From contig CP126532.1 in the NCBI GenBank assembly GCA_030167145.1, positions 330,001 to 362,000 on the forward strand: a DNA stretch of 32,000 nt. Reading direction: 5' to 3'. Position numbers and translations under genes: made by a program. Below, piece after piece: positions 17,727 to 27,101 of this stretch; positions within the stretch are counted from its first letter, which is position 1, and every line of letters begins with the position of its first letter. This DNA comes from Ktedonobacterales bacterium. GTDB lineage: Bacteria > Chloroflexota > Ktedonobacteria > Ktedonobacterales > JADMIN01. Under the pieces are notes generated by a model that made no database searches, was not told the DNA's origin, and saw only the letters and a program-made list of their open reading frames with translations.

Positions 17727-19097
17727 ATGGGCGAACACGGCAGCAGCGCGGTGACGCAGGCGGAGGTGGCAAGCTGGGCAGCGGGCTTGGACGAGGTGCA
17801 GCAGCGGATCGGCCCGCGGTTCGCGCGAGCAGAACAGCGCCAGCGGGTCCGGGCATATTTGGAAGGGCTGCTGAGTCCGGTCGAGCGGAAGAATGGCTGG
17901 CAATTAGCCGAGCATGCTGGAGAGATGACGCCGTACGGCATGCAGCGGCTCTTAGCCGGGGCGAAATGGGATGCGGATGCCGTCCGCGACGACCTGCGAG
18001 CCTACGTCGTGGAGCAGTTGGGCGATCCGAAAGCCATCCTGGTCATCGATGAGACGGGCTTTCTCAAACAAGGCACGCACTCGGTCGGGGTCAAGCGCCA
18101 GTACAGCGGCACTGCGGGCCGCATCGAGAACTGCCAAACGAGAACTGCCAAATCGGCGTCTTCCTGACCTACGCCAGCCCGGCCGGGCATGTGCTACTAG
18201 ACCGCGCACTGTATCTGCCCCAGGAATGGGCCCAGGATCGAGAGCGGCGCTGGGCAGCGGGCGTGCCCGAGGAGGCGGCCTTCGCCACCAAGCCCGAGTT
18301 GGCCCGGCAGATGCTGGAATGGACCCTCGCAGCGGGTGTCCCAGCGGCATGGGTGACCGGCGACAGCATCTACGGCGGCGACCGCCGACTGCGGATCTGG
18401 CTGGAGCAGCAGGGGCAGCCCTTCGTGCTGGGCGTGACGCGCCAGGAGCCGCTGTGGGCAGTGGTGGATGGCCGCTGGGGCCAGCTGCGGGCGGATGAGA
18501 TCGCCACCCACGTGCCGGCGGGAGCATGGCGACGCCTCTCGGCTGGCGACGGTGCGAAAGGACCGCGACTCTACGACTGGGCGCGCGTGCCGCTGGCGCG
18601 GCTGCAGCTGAGCGCGGAAGAGCGCCGCTGGGAGCACTGGTTGCTGGTGCGTCGCAGCGTGAGCGATCCGACCGAGTTGGCGTACTATGTAGTCTTCGCG
18701 CCGCGCGGCACCACCCTGCGCGAGCTGGTGCAGGTGGCTGGGCAACGCTGGCGCATCGAGCAGAGCTTCGAGCTGGCCAAGGGCGAGGTGGGCCTGGACC
18801 ACTACGAGGTGCGCCGTTGGGACGGCTGGTATCGGCACATGACGCTGGCGATGTTCGCCCTGGCGTACCTAGCGGTCCTGCGGGCACAGGCCCCCGATGG
18901 AAAGGGGGCACATGGACCTGAGTGTTGACCTCTTGCCGTTGACGGTGCCCGAAATCCGCCGACTGCTGTACGGCCTCGCTGCGGCTGCCGATCCGCTGGC
19001 GACCGCCGTCCTTGCCTGGTCACACTGGCGGCGGCGACACCAAGCAACAGCCAGACGCTGCCACTACAAGCGCCGCCTGGCGCTCATCTCTACGTAA
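17727..19097 (+). pseudogene. IS701-family DDE transposase with two frameshifts
   Basis: AAAGGAG RBS. Fragments 17727-18167, 18191-18928 and 18897-19097. Break 1 is a 14-bp duplication. Break 2 is a G5 run at 18904-18908. The repaired sequence reads ..[26 protein letters not shown].. and ..PDGKGHMDLSVDLLPLTVPEIRRLL... Confidence 0.8.
18125..18152. repeat. perfect 14-bp tandem duplication, CGAGAACTGCCAAA x2
   Basis: Read directly: copies at 18125-18138 and 18139-18152. Confidence 0.95.
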
Positions 19098-19205
19098 CTG
19101 CAACTGTAATACTAACCGCAATCCTATCCGTGCAAACCGGCTGTGCTATACTGCTCGCGACGATGACGCATCCACGCGAAGGATCTCGAGGAAACACAAC
19201 GCCAC

Positions 19206-20636
19206 ATGAGCACCAAGATCTGGCAAGCACGAGAGATTCCACGCTTCTTCGCTACCATCAACAAAACCCTCCTCGATGCGCCCATCGCACTGACCTTGGC
19301 TGGCCTGGGCTGTGTCGCGCTGGCTCTCTCCAGCGATCTTGCCAATACCTTCAACGCCCCGCGCTCTGGTGGGGCGCCGATTACGCTCGCGCTCTTGGTG
19401 GCGCTGGCGCTCACATTCGTCTGCTATCTCGCTGCCACTCGCCTCGTGCCCATTCCCCGACTTCAGCCGCACCGACGGCGTTTCAACCTGTTGCTGTACC
19501 CAATCCTGATTTGGGCGCTCTTTACAGGCATCCAGACTGTGACGATTCTCGGCACTGGTCTGGTGCGCTCGCTCACCGTCTCTCATGTGCGCTATGGCAG
19601 CGATGATCTCTATTACAACCACTATAATGCCGTACTTGTGCTGCACGGAGAGAACCCTTATACTGGCCAGCGACTGGTGGACGAAGCCGCTTACTTCGGG
19701 GAGTTTGCCTTTACCCCCATTGCGCGCGGGCGTTTTGCCGATCCGCACCACTATCCGACTCAGGCCGAGATGGATCAGGTATTGCGCGCGTATCTAGCAC
19801 ATCCCGAAAGCCTGCCATCCGAAGTGGATCCGCGCACCACGCACAGTTATCCAGCGGGTGCGTTTCTCGTCGTGCTGCCTTTCGTTGCGGCAGGCATCCC
19901 CAGCATCGCTTTTCCACAAATCTTGCTCTTCTTGCTCCTCTTTGCTGCGATACTTCGTATCACACCTGCACCCTGGCGGTTGCCTGTCGCGTTGCTAGCG
20001 CTGAGTGCGGCGGATGGCGCACGGCAAGCCGCCGGCTCCGACTTCGAGATTTGGCCGCTGGCATTTGTGGCTCTTGCCTGGATCGTGCGGGAACGCCGCT
20101 GGTCTTCTGCTCTGTTGCTGGGCGTCGCGTGCGCGATTAAGCAGACTGCCTGGCTTGCGGCGCCATTCTATCTCATCTGGGTCTGGCGCGAGAAAGGCGC
20201 TGCTGAAGCCGCGCGCCGTGCAGCTCTGGCCGCCGTGACCCTCCTTGTCATCAATGCACCTTGGATCATCGCATCGCCGCACGAATGGCTATCGAGCATC
20301 TTCTTACCAGTGAGCTTGCCACTACTTCCTGATGGGAGTGGCATCATTGGTCTATCGCTCACTGGGTTGCTGCCACTTGCGCCATCTATCGTGTTTGCGG
20401 CGTTGGAAGTGGCTGCGCTGGTCATTGCGCTTTTCTGGTATTCACGCGCACAGCCTCGCTATCCCTATGCCGGGCTAATCCTCCCGCTCATTCCGTTGCT
20501 CTTCGCATGGCGCAGCCCAGAGCGCTATTTCGTCCTATCGCCACTCATCGCTGTTCTGGCGCTCGCGCTAATACTGGCACAGAGCGCATGTAAAAAACCG
20601 GCGGGCGCAAACATTACGCCCACCGGTCCGAACTAG
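19206..20636 (+). CDS. polytopic membrane protein, GT-C-type glycosyltransferase-like (DUF2029-like)
   Basis: 476 aa with at least 10 hydrophobic segments and a large early loop (YGSDDLYYNHYNAVLVLHGENPY). The functional assignment is tentative. Confidence 0.7.
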   Translation: MSTKIWQAREIPRFFATINKTLLDAPIALTLAGLGCVALALSSDLANTFNAPRSGGAPITLALLVALALTFVCYLAATRLVPIPRLQPHRRRFNLLLYPILIWALFTGIQTVTILGTGLVRSLTVSHVRYGSDDLYYNHYNAVLVLHGENPYTGQRLVDEAAYFGEFAFTPIARGRFADPHHYPTQAEMDQVLRAYLAHPESLPSEVDPRTTHSYPAGAFLVVLPFVAAGIPSIAFPQILLFLLLFAAILRITPAPWRLPVALLALSAADGARQAAGSDFEIWPLAFVALAWIVRERRWSSALLLGVACAIKQTAWLAAPFYLIWVWREKGAAEAARRAALAAVTLLVINAPWIIASPHEWLSSIFLPVSLPLLPDGSGIIGLSLTGLLPLAPSIVFAALEVAALVIALFWYSRAQPRYPYAGLILPLIPLLFAWRSPERYFVLSPLIAVLALALILAQSACKKPAGANITPTGPN

Positions 20637-20652
20637 CGAAACAAATCAGCAG

Positions 20653-21249
20653 TTAGCTAAGCGGGAAGACGGGAAGCGCCCACTTGCCGCCAGAGACACC
20701 AGCCAGTACGCCAGCCATCGCTGTGTACCACGCCACGATGGCTGTAGCAATGCCGAACCAACCGCCAAGCTGCGTCAGCCCCTTTCCAGCCGCATCGCCA
20801 TTGAAGGCGCCAATGGCCAGCAGCAAGAAAGTAATAAACAGGAGAACGAAGACGGCTGCGGTTGAGCCATTGGTACGGAACGAACCAAGCATCATAATGC
20901 CTGTAAAGATCGTCCAGCCAATCAAGTAGTAACCTAAAGCATTGCCCGATGGCCCGGTCTTGGTTCCAAAGCCAATGCCGAAACCAGGGATGAGCAAGGC
21001 CGCAAAAGAGAGCCAGAACGCGCCAAAAGAAGCGAACGCCGTCGCTCCGAATGTGTTGCCAGTGCGGAATTCCCACATACCCGCGCATAATTGCGCGATG
21101 CCGCCATAGAATACCGCAAGACCGATAACGACGAGAATGTCGCCGCCGCCCTTGAGAAGTCCGGCATTGACAGCACTGAGGACGAAGGTGGTCAATGCGA
21201 ATCCGCAGAGACCAAGGGGACCAGGGTTGGCAATCTTGACTTCGTTCAC
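20653..21249 (-). CDS. satP: GPR1/FUN34/YaaH-family acetate/succinate channel
   Basis: Family signature NPGPLGLCGFALTTFVLS and six TM segments. Start reassigned to the GTG at 21249, preceded by GAGAGGAG with a 6-nt spacer. Confidence 0.85.
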   Translation of the reverse strand: MNEVKIANPGPLGLCGFALTTFVLSAVNAGLLKGGGDILVVIGLAVFYGGIAQLCAGMWEFRTGNTFGATAFASFGAFWLSFAALLIPGFGIGFGTKTGPSGNALGYYLIGWTIFTGIMMLGSFRTNGSTAAVFVLLFITFLLLAIGAFNGDAAGKGLTQLGGWFGIATAIVAWYTAMAGVLAGVSGGKWALPVFPLS

Positions 21250-21574
21250 GAAGAACTCCTCTCGGGGAGGGAAACACCTCTGTCTCCTCCCATACATGCC
21301 GAATTGCCCCGGGGAAAACTCCCTGTTACGAGAAAGAAGTGCATTGACGCTGAACATCCGCCGCGCGAGTATTCCATAGTTGGTGAATCCACCGGTCGCG
21401 GCGTACATCCAGGGTCGCCGTATCTCCTCCTTTCACTCGGTGTATTCGTAGGTCATCTCGCTGGTGCGTATCCCCGGAAAGTGGGGATGCTCAGGGGCTA
21501 ACGCGCCCGCCTGTCTCTTACGCGCTTTCAGCGATATGCCAGTTGTCTAGCCATTGGTGATCTGGCATCTTGCT

Positions 21575-21595
21575 ATGGTTAAATTACGTAACCAT
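21575..21595. promoter_or_regulatory. palindrome ATGGTTA-N7-TAACCAT in the satP/acs divergent intergenic region (candidate operator)
   Basis: Read directly. No cognate regulator was identified. Confidence 0.25.
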
Positions 21596-21789
21596 CACGT
21601 GCTTATACGTACTCTGCGCTGGCCAAAGCGCTGTTATCCAAGTTCTGCTAGGGCGAATGTATCATAAAACGAAGCGAAATGGAATACCCTAAGCATCGCG
21701 TTGCGAAATTTGTTATCATACCTGCAACGGGTGCTCAGTTACACGTGCCCGGTGTCAGCGATTGTTCGTCAGGTCAAATGGAGGCAATC

Positions 21790-23841
21790 ATGTCTAATCC
21801 GCAGGATTCCGTCGGGACATCCACGACCATTGACGCGCTGTTGCAGGAGGAGCGGGTGTTTGCGCCGTCGGCGGCCTTCGTCGCCCAGGCGACCATCGCC
21901 GACCCCACCGTCTACGAGCGCGCCGCCGCCGACCCCGACGCCTTCTGGGCCGAGGCCGCCCGCCGCCTCGACTGGTTCACCCCCTTCACCTCGGTGCTCG
22001 ACTGGGATCCGACCGCCACCCCCCCCACCGCCCGCTGGTTCGCCGACGGCACCCTCAACGCCGCCTACAACTGCGTGGATCGCCATCTCAAGACGTTCCG
22101 CAAGAACAAAGCGGCCCTCATCTGGGAGGGGGAGCCAGGCGACCGGCGGGTGCTGACCTACCAGGACTTATACCGCGAGGTCAACACCTTCGCCGCCGTC
22201 CTGCAACAATTGGGCGTGCAGGCCGGCGACCGCGTCGCCTTCTACATGCCGATGCTTCCCGAACTGGCCATCGGCCTGCTGGCCTGCGCGCGGCTGGGCG
22301 CGCCACACACCGTGATCTTCGGCGGCTTCAGCGCCGAGGCGCTGCGCGACCGCATCCAGGACTCCGCGGCCAGCGTCGTGGTCACCGCCGACGGCGGCTG
22401 GCGGCGCGGCAACGTCGTCCCCTTGAAAGACACCACCGACGCCGCGCTCACCGACACCCCCAGCGTGCGCCACGTCCTCGTCGTGCAGCGCGTCGGCCCC
22501 GCGGCGCGCGCGGTGGCGATGCACGAGGGCCGCGACGTGTGGTACCACGACGCCGTGGCGCAGGTGACGCAGGGTGGGCGGCACGTGCCGGTGGTCGCCC
22601 CGGTGCCGGTGGCGAGCGAGCATCCGCTCTACATCATGTACACCTCGGGCACCACCGGCAAGCCCAAGGGGCAGCTGCACACCACCGGCGGCTACCTGAC
22701 CGGGGTGGCGCTGACCCACCAGTGGATCTTCGACCTCAAAGAGGAGGATGTCTACTGGTGTACCGCCGACATCGGCTGGGTGACGGGCCACTCCTACATC
22801 GTCTACGGCCCGCTGGCGAACGGCGCGAGTGTGGTGATGTACGAGGGCGCGCCGGACTACCCCGACAAAGACCGCTTCTGGGCGCTGGTCGAGCAGTACC
22901 GGGTCAGTATCCTCTACACCGCGCCGACCTCGATCCGCACCTTCATGCGCTGGGGCGAGCAGTACCCCGCCGCCCACGACCTCACCTCGCTCCGCCTCTT
23001 GGGCACGGTCGGCGAACCGATCAACCCCGAGGCGTGGATCTGGTACCAGCAGCACATCGGCGGCGGCGCGCAGGCTACGGCCGCCGCCCAGACGGGCCGC
23101 CCGCCGTGTCCGATTGTGGATACCTGGTGGCAGACCGAGACCGGCATGATCCTGATCTCACCGCTGCCGGGGCTGGTGCCGACCAAGCCCGGCTCCGCCA
23201 CCCGCGCCTTCCCCGGCGTCTTCCCGGCGATCCTCGACGCCGCCGGGGCGCCCGTCCCCGCGGGCAGCGGCGCGGGCGGCAACCTGGTGCTGACCCGGCC
23301 CTGGCCGGCGATGTCGCGCGGCATCTGGGGCGACCCGGCCCGCTACCAGGCGACGTATTGGGCGACGTATCCGGGGCAGTATCTGACCGGGGACGGGGCG
23401 CGGCAAGACGCCGACGGCTACTACTGGTTGCTGGGGCGGGTGGATGATGTGGTCAATGTCTCGGGGCATCGGCTGGGCACGATGGAGGTGGAGAGCGCGC
23501 TGGTGGCGCATCCGGCGGTGGCGGAGGCGGCGGTGATCGGCGCCAGCGATGCGCTGACCGGGCAGGCCATCGTCGCCTTCGTCACGCCGCGCGCCGGGCA
23601 GCAGCCCAACGACGCGCTGACCGCCGAACTCAAGGAGCAGGTGGTGCGCAGCATCGGCGCGCTCGCCCGGCCGCAGCGCATCTACTACACCAGCGAGCTG
23701 CCCAAGACGCGCTCGGCCAAGATCATGCGGCGGCTCTTGCGCGACATCGCCGAGGGGCGGGTCTTGGGCGACACCACCACGCTGCTCGACCCCTCCATCG
23801 TCGCCCAGATCAAAGAACAGTATGAGGCCTCCGAAGGCTAA
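21790..23841 (+). CDS. acs: acetyl-CoA synthetase (AMP-forming)
   Basis: Motifs [20 protein letters not shown] and [14 protein letters not shown], plus the C-terminal [15 protein letters not shown]. Start reassigned to MSNPQD (ATG at 21790), preceded by GGAGG. Confidence 0.95.
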   Translation: MSNPQDSVGTSTTIDALLQEERVFAPSAAFVAQATIADPTVYERAAADPDAFWAEAARRLDWFTPFTSVLDWDPTATPPTARWFADGTLNAAYNCVDRHLKTFRKNKAALIWEGEPGDRRVLTYQDLYREVNTFAAVLQQLGVQAGDRVAFYMPMLPELAIGLLACARLGAPHTVIFGGFSAEALRDRIQDSAASVVVTADGGWRRGNVVPLKDTTDAALTDTPSVRHVLVVQRVGPAARAVAMHEGRDVWYHDAVAQVTQGGRHVPVVAPVPVASEHPLYIMYTSGTTGKPKGQLHTTGGYLTGVALTHQWIFDLKEEDVYWCTADIGWVTGHSYIVYGPLANGASVVMYEGAPDYPDKDRFWALVEQYRVSILYTAPTSIRTFMRWGEQYPAAHDLTSLRLLGTVGEPINPEAWIWYQQHIGGGAQATAAAQTGRPPCPIVDTWWQTETGMILISPLPGLVPTKPGSATRAFPGVFPAILDAAGAPVPAGSGAGGNLVLTRPWPAMSRGIWGDPARYQATYWATYPGQYLTGDGARQDADGYYWLLGRVDDVVNVSGHRLGTMEVESALVAHPAVAEAAVIGASDALTGQAIVAFVTPRAGQQPNDALTAELKEQVVRSIGALARPQRIYYTSELPKTRSAKIMRRLLRDIAEGRVLGDTTTLLDPSIVAQIKEQYEASEG

Positions 23842-23862
23842 GGCTGCCGCTTTGCTGAGCAC

Positions 23863-23899
23863 AATGCCGTCTTCTCTGGTGTAGAGAAGGCGGCATTGC
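23863..23899. terminator. hairpin between convergent acs and the EamA gene
   Basis: CAATGCCGTCTTCTCT pairs with AGAGAAGGCGGCATTG (1 mismatch) around the loop GGTGT. Confidence 0.55.
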
Positions 23900-23919
23900 T
23901 CGATCCGAGACTTCTCACG

Positions 23920-24855
23920 TTAGCGGTTAAATCCGCGATTTACTAAATAGATGCCTGTAAGCGTCACCAGTCCACCAACAATTTGATGTGGCGCGAGCGC
24001 CTCACCAAGAAGCGGCACAGCGAAGAGCGCAGTGAGCACGGGCTGGCAAAGTAACGTAACAGAGGTAATGGAGGCAGGCAGATGACCGAGTACGTAGTTG
24101 ATGGCCAGCCAGCCCACCACCTGAGAAATCAGCCCTAGGCCAAGTAGCGCAAGCCATGTGCCTGCGGAGAATCCCCAGAGTTCGTGCCGAAGCAGAAGGT
24201 TGAAGATGAGCAACAATACTGTGCCAGACAATCCTGGGATCCAAAGTGAGGCAAGCGTGTTCAAGTGCACACGTAAACGTTGTGTCAGCACGAGGTAGAG
24301 CGCGTACGCGACTCCCGCCGATAAAGCGAGCGCATCGCCGAAACCGATGTGCCCTGCTCCGTGCAATGCATCTTGTCCGACGATAATACCCATCCCCGCG
24401 AGCGCCATTGCCAGCCCCATCCAATAGGAGGGTTTCAGCCGTTCGCGGAAGACAAGAAGTGCGATCAGTCCGACGATGATCGGCGCGTCATTGGCGAGTA
24501 GGGTTGCATTCGCTGCTGTCGTGATGAACAGAGAGGTGTTCCACAGTCCCAGGTCGAGTGCGAAAAAGACGCCGGTACCCAGCGCGAGCAGCCAGAGCCG
24601 ACGGTCACGTGTTATTTCGCCATGCCGGAAGGACCGCAAGAAGAGGGGTAGTAATGCAATTTCGCAGATGGCAACACGATAGAAGGCAGAGACCGTGCCA
24701 GGAACATCAGCCAGCCGTGTGAAGATTGCCGAAAGTCCGATGCAGCCGATGCCCAGCGCCAGCAACATGTAGATACGCAGGCGGCTCACTGGAACCGTCT
24801 CGGGCCGTGGCGCAACAGCATCAACCACCGGCATACTCACTCCAACATCCGCCAT
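23920..24855 (-). CDS. EamA/DMT-superfamily transporter
   Basis: 311 aa, about 10 TM segments, with two EamA-like halves. Confidence 0.85.
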   Translation of the reverse strand: MADVGVSMPVVDAVAPRPETVPVSRLRIYMLLALGIGCIGLSAIFTRLADVPGTVSAFYRVAICEIALLPLFLRSFRHGEITRDRRLWLLALGTGVFFALDLGLWNTSLFITTAANATLLANDAPIIVGLIALLVFRERLKPSYWMGLAMALAGMGIIVGQDALHGAGHIGFGDALALSAGVAYALYLVLTQRLRVHLNTLASLWIPGLSGTVLLLIFNLLLRHELWGFSAGTWLALLGLGLISQVVGWLAINYVLGHLPASITSVTLLCQPVLTALFAVPLLGEALAPHQIVGGLVTLTGIYLVNRGFNR

Positions 24856-25078
24856 ATACTTATCCTCAACTTCTTACCCACGTTACGGCCATGTAGGCTT
24901 TCGAACGCTTTTCAATGGTCATCAACGAGAAGCCGACTAATGAACCAAGGGTCGTACTATCACGCTACTGCCTTCTCGCCTTCCGGCAGCACTCACTTGC
25001 TATGAGGCGCGAAACACTCGTTCTGCATGTCAATCACGAGCAATGCCAGTTTCATCTCGCGTGTCTCCCAATTCAAGG

Positions 25079-26101
25079 CTACTTCGTGATACGGCTGTGT
25101 TCTGGCAGCCTGTCAGTCTCACTATCATCATGAAGTGCGACAACTGATACGGCGACTGGTTGCGGAGTAACCCGAACCAACTGTCGCACCCGCGCGAATT
25201 GTGTGTTCAGCGTGCCATTGGTGATCATGGTGCCCAGCAATACCAACAGCAGCCCAGCAAAGGAATTCCAAGACACACGCTCACCCAGGAAGATCATCCC
25301 CCAGAGCAGTGCGGTACAAGGCAGCAAATAGGTGACCAGTGCTGTGCGTGTCGGGCCAACGTGGTGAATCAGCCAGAAGTAGAGCAGATAGGCCAGTGCT
25401 GTACCCATCACTCCTAGCTCAACAATGCAGGCAAACGTGGCAAGCGATGGCAGATGGGTTGGCGGATCCCAGAGCAACGCAACAGGTGTCACTACCAGCA
25501 GTGCTCCGGCCTGCATGGTGAGCGGCGCGGCCAAGGGCGCGGAGCCAGCGTAGCGTTTGCTCATCAAAGCTCCCACTGCATAAGCGGCAGCTGCGATCAA
25601 TACGGCGAGCTCGCCCAGAGTCTGCGCCATGCTTCCCCCGCCCAGATTGAACGCTGCCGGGCCAATCAACACAGCCACACCAAGGAAGCCGATCAGCACG
25701 CCCGTGCTGCGGCGAAGTGTGAGCGATTCGTGAGCTGACCCAATCCAGAACTGCGCGAGCACGACCGTGAACAGTGGTGTACTCGCGTTTAAGATAGAAG
25801 CGACGCCGCTGGCGATACGGGTTTCACCCCAAGAAATGAGTAGAAATGGTATGGCGTTATTGATTGTGCCGATGAGTAGACCGTAGCCAAGGTAGCGACG
25901 CCAACCAGCAGCCAGCGCGGGTCGGCATGCGGCGATAAGCGCGAGTGTCAGCACTGAAAGTGTCAAACGTCCGAAAACTAGTGTAGCAGGGGAGACGTCT
26001 TCCACCGCAATCTTGATGAAAAGAAAGGAGATACCCCAGATGAGGGCCAGCGCAAAAAGTACCCCATATTCACGCGCGCGCATCGTAGATTGCCTCCCCA
26101 T
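25079..26101 (-). CDS. EamA/DMT-superfamily transporter
   Basis: About 10 TM segments, with FALALIWGISFLFIK typical of EamA. The start is the ATG at 26101, abutting the GntR stop, or the ATG at 26083 with GGGGAGG upstream. Confidence 0.85.
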   Translation of the reverse strand: MGRQSTMRAREYGVLFALALIWGISFLFIKIAVEDVSPATLVFGRLTLSVLTLALIAACRPALAAGWRRYLGYGLLIGTINNAIPFLLISWGETRIASGVASILNASTPLFTVVLAQFWIGSAHESLTLRRSTGVLIGFLGVAVLIGPAAFNLGGGSMAQTLGELAVLIAAAAYAVGALMSKRYAGSAPLAAPLTMQAGALLVVTPVALLWDPPTHLPSLATFACIVELGVMGTALAYLLYFWLIHHVGPTRTALVTYLLPCTALLWGMIFLGERVSWNSFAGLLLVLLGTMITNGTLNTQFARVRQLVRVTPQPVAVSVVALHDDSETDRLPEHSRITK

Positions 26102-26767
26102 TCACACGTGTTCGATGTGAAGCCATTCCAACCCACGCTCCCAGTTCCGCGCGAGCACATGCTGCCCCAGTTCCTGGTTGCGCTCGGCAAGCGCCATAAT
26201 CAACTCGCTATGGTCATGTACCGAAGGTGTACGGTCCGCACTACCCCAGAAGGCGCGCTCGATGCGACGCACCTTCGACTTCAGAGTGCCAAGCGTACTT
26301 ATCAATTCGCTATTACCGCTGCGCTCGGTAAATGCCGCGTGTAGCGCCAGATCGGCCTCCGTCGCCGCGTCCGCGTCGCAGACCTCGAGCGCCGTAGACA
26401 GGCGCTCGTTTGCGCTTCGCATTGCGTCGAGCATGTCTGGCGTAACCTGAGGCATGGCGAGCCTGAGCGACAGTGCCTCAAGAGTTGCCACTATTGGGTA
26501 AATTTCGCGCGCCTGGGTCAGCGTGACCGGACTGACAAAGCTACGGCGTGTTGCGGATGTAATAACCAACCCATCTTCGCTCAGCCGCTGCACTGCCTCA
26601 CGCACTGGTGTACGACTCATGCCAAGCGCCTCAGCTAATGCCTCGTCTCGAAGTGCCTCGCCTGGCGTCAGTGTGCCATCTAGAATCCAGTCGCGCAGGC
26701 GTTCATAAGCCACGTCACGCAGGCAGACTCGGGAAATCACTGCACTGGATGTGTCGGGAATAGGCAA
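26102..26767 (-). CDS. GntR-family (FadR/FCD-type) transcriptional regulator
   Basis: Winged HTH LRDEALAEALGMSRTPVREAVQRLSEDGLV followed by a helical FCD-like C-terminal domain. Confidence 0.9.
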   Translation of the reverse strand: MPIPDTSSAVISRVCLRDVAYERLRDWILDGTLTPGEALRDEALAEALGMSRTPVREAVQRLSEDGLVITSATRRSFVSPVTLTQAREIYPIVATLEALSLRLAMPQVTPDMLDAMRSANERLSTALEVCDADAATEADLALHAAFTERSGNSELISTLGTLKSKVRRIERAFWGSADRTPSVHDHSELIMALAERNQELGQHVLARNWERGLEWLHIEHV

Positions 26768-26813
26768 TTTCCACTCCCTCCCTCACTATTCACCTCAAAT
26801 GCCAAACAGAATA

Positions 26814-26830
26814 TTGTATACAGTATACAA
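26814..26830. promoter_or_regulatory. perfect palindrome TTGTATAC-A-GTATACAA, candidate GntR autoregulatory operator
   Basis: Lies about 50 nt upstream of the GntR start and fits the GT-N-AC core logic of GntR operators. Confidence 0.45.
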
Positions 26831-26943
26831 AATTTCTGAAGTGGTGTGCAACCTATCCAACTACACAGTGACCTGGATGGAACCGGAGTGGCAGTACAGC
26901 ATCTTGACGTTGCTCAGGCAGTGGGGTATGCTGGGGGTGTCCT

Positions 26944-27017
<74 letters not shown>

Positions 27018-27101
27018 CCCAACTCAGCCCTGTATGATCCCTGAATATATCCCACTGTGCACCACACAGCCGGCCATTCATCGCACCCTCGTCTCGACAC
27101 A

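Larger units (their letters stand above)
17660..19115 (+). mobile_element. IS701-family-like insertion sequence
   Basis: Inverted repeats TAATATTACAGTTGCAGTTA (17660-17679) and TAACTGCAACTGTAATACTAA (19095-19115), with 1 mismatch. No convincing TSD was found. Confidence 0.7.

Noticed and set aside
17952-18911. 319-aa minus-strand ORF antisense to the IS701-like transposase, plus several other overlapping ORFs
   Set aside because: Its composition (Pro/Arg/Ala) and complete overlap with a recognisable transposase frame indicate a GC-driven spurious ORF.
21250-21408. N-terminal 53-aa extension of the SatP-like ORF in the track
   Set aside because: The family N-terminus begins just before NPGPLGL. 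A GTG with a GAGAGGAG RBS at 21249 fits, and the extension has no homology-like features.
22168-23055. 295-aa minus-strand ORF and 302-aa alternative plus-frame ORF inside acs
   Set aside because: The acs frame carries all the family motifs. The alternatives are Arg/Gly/Pro-rich shadow frames.
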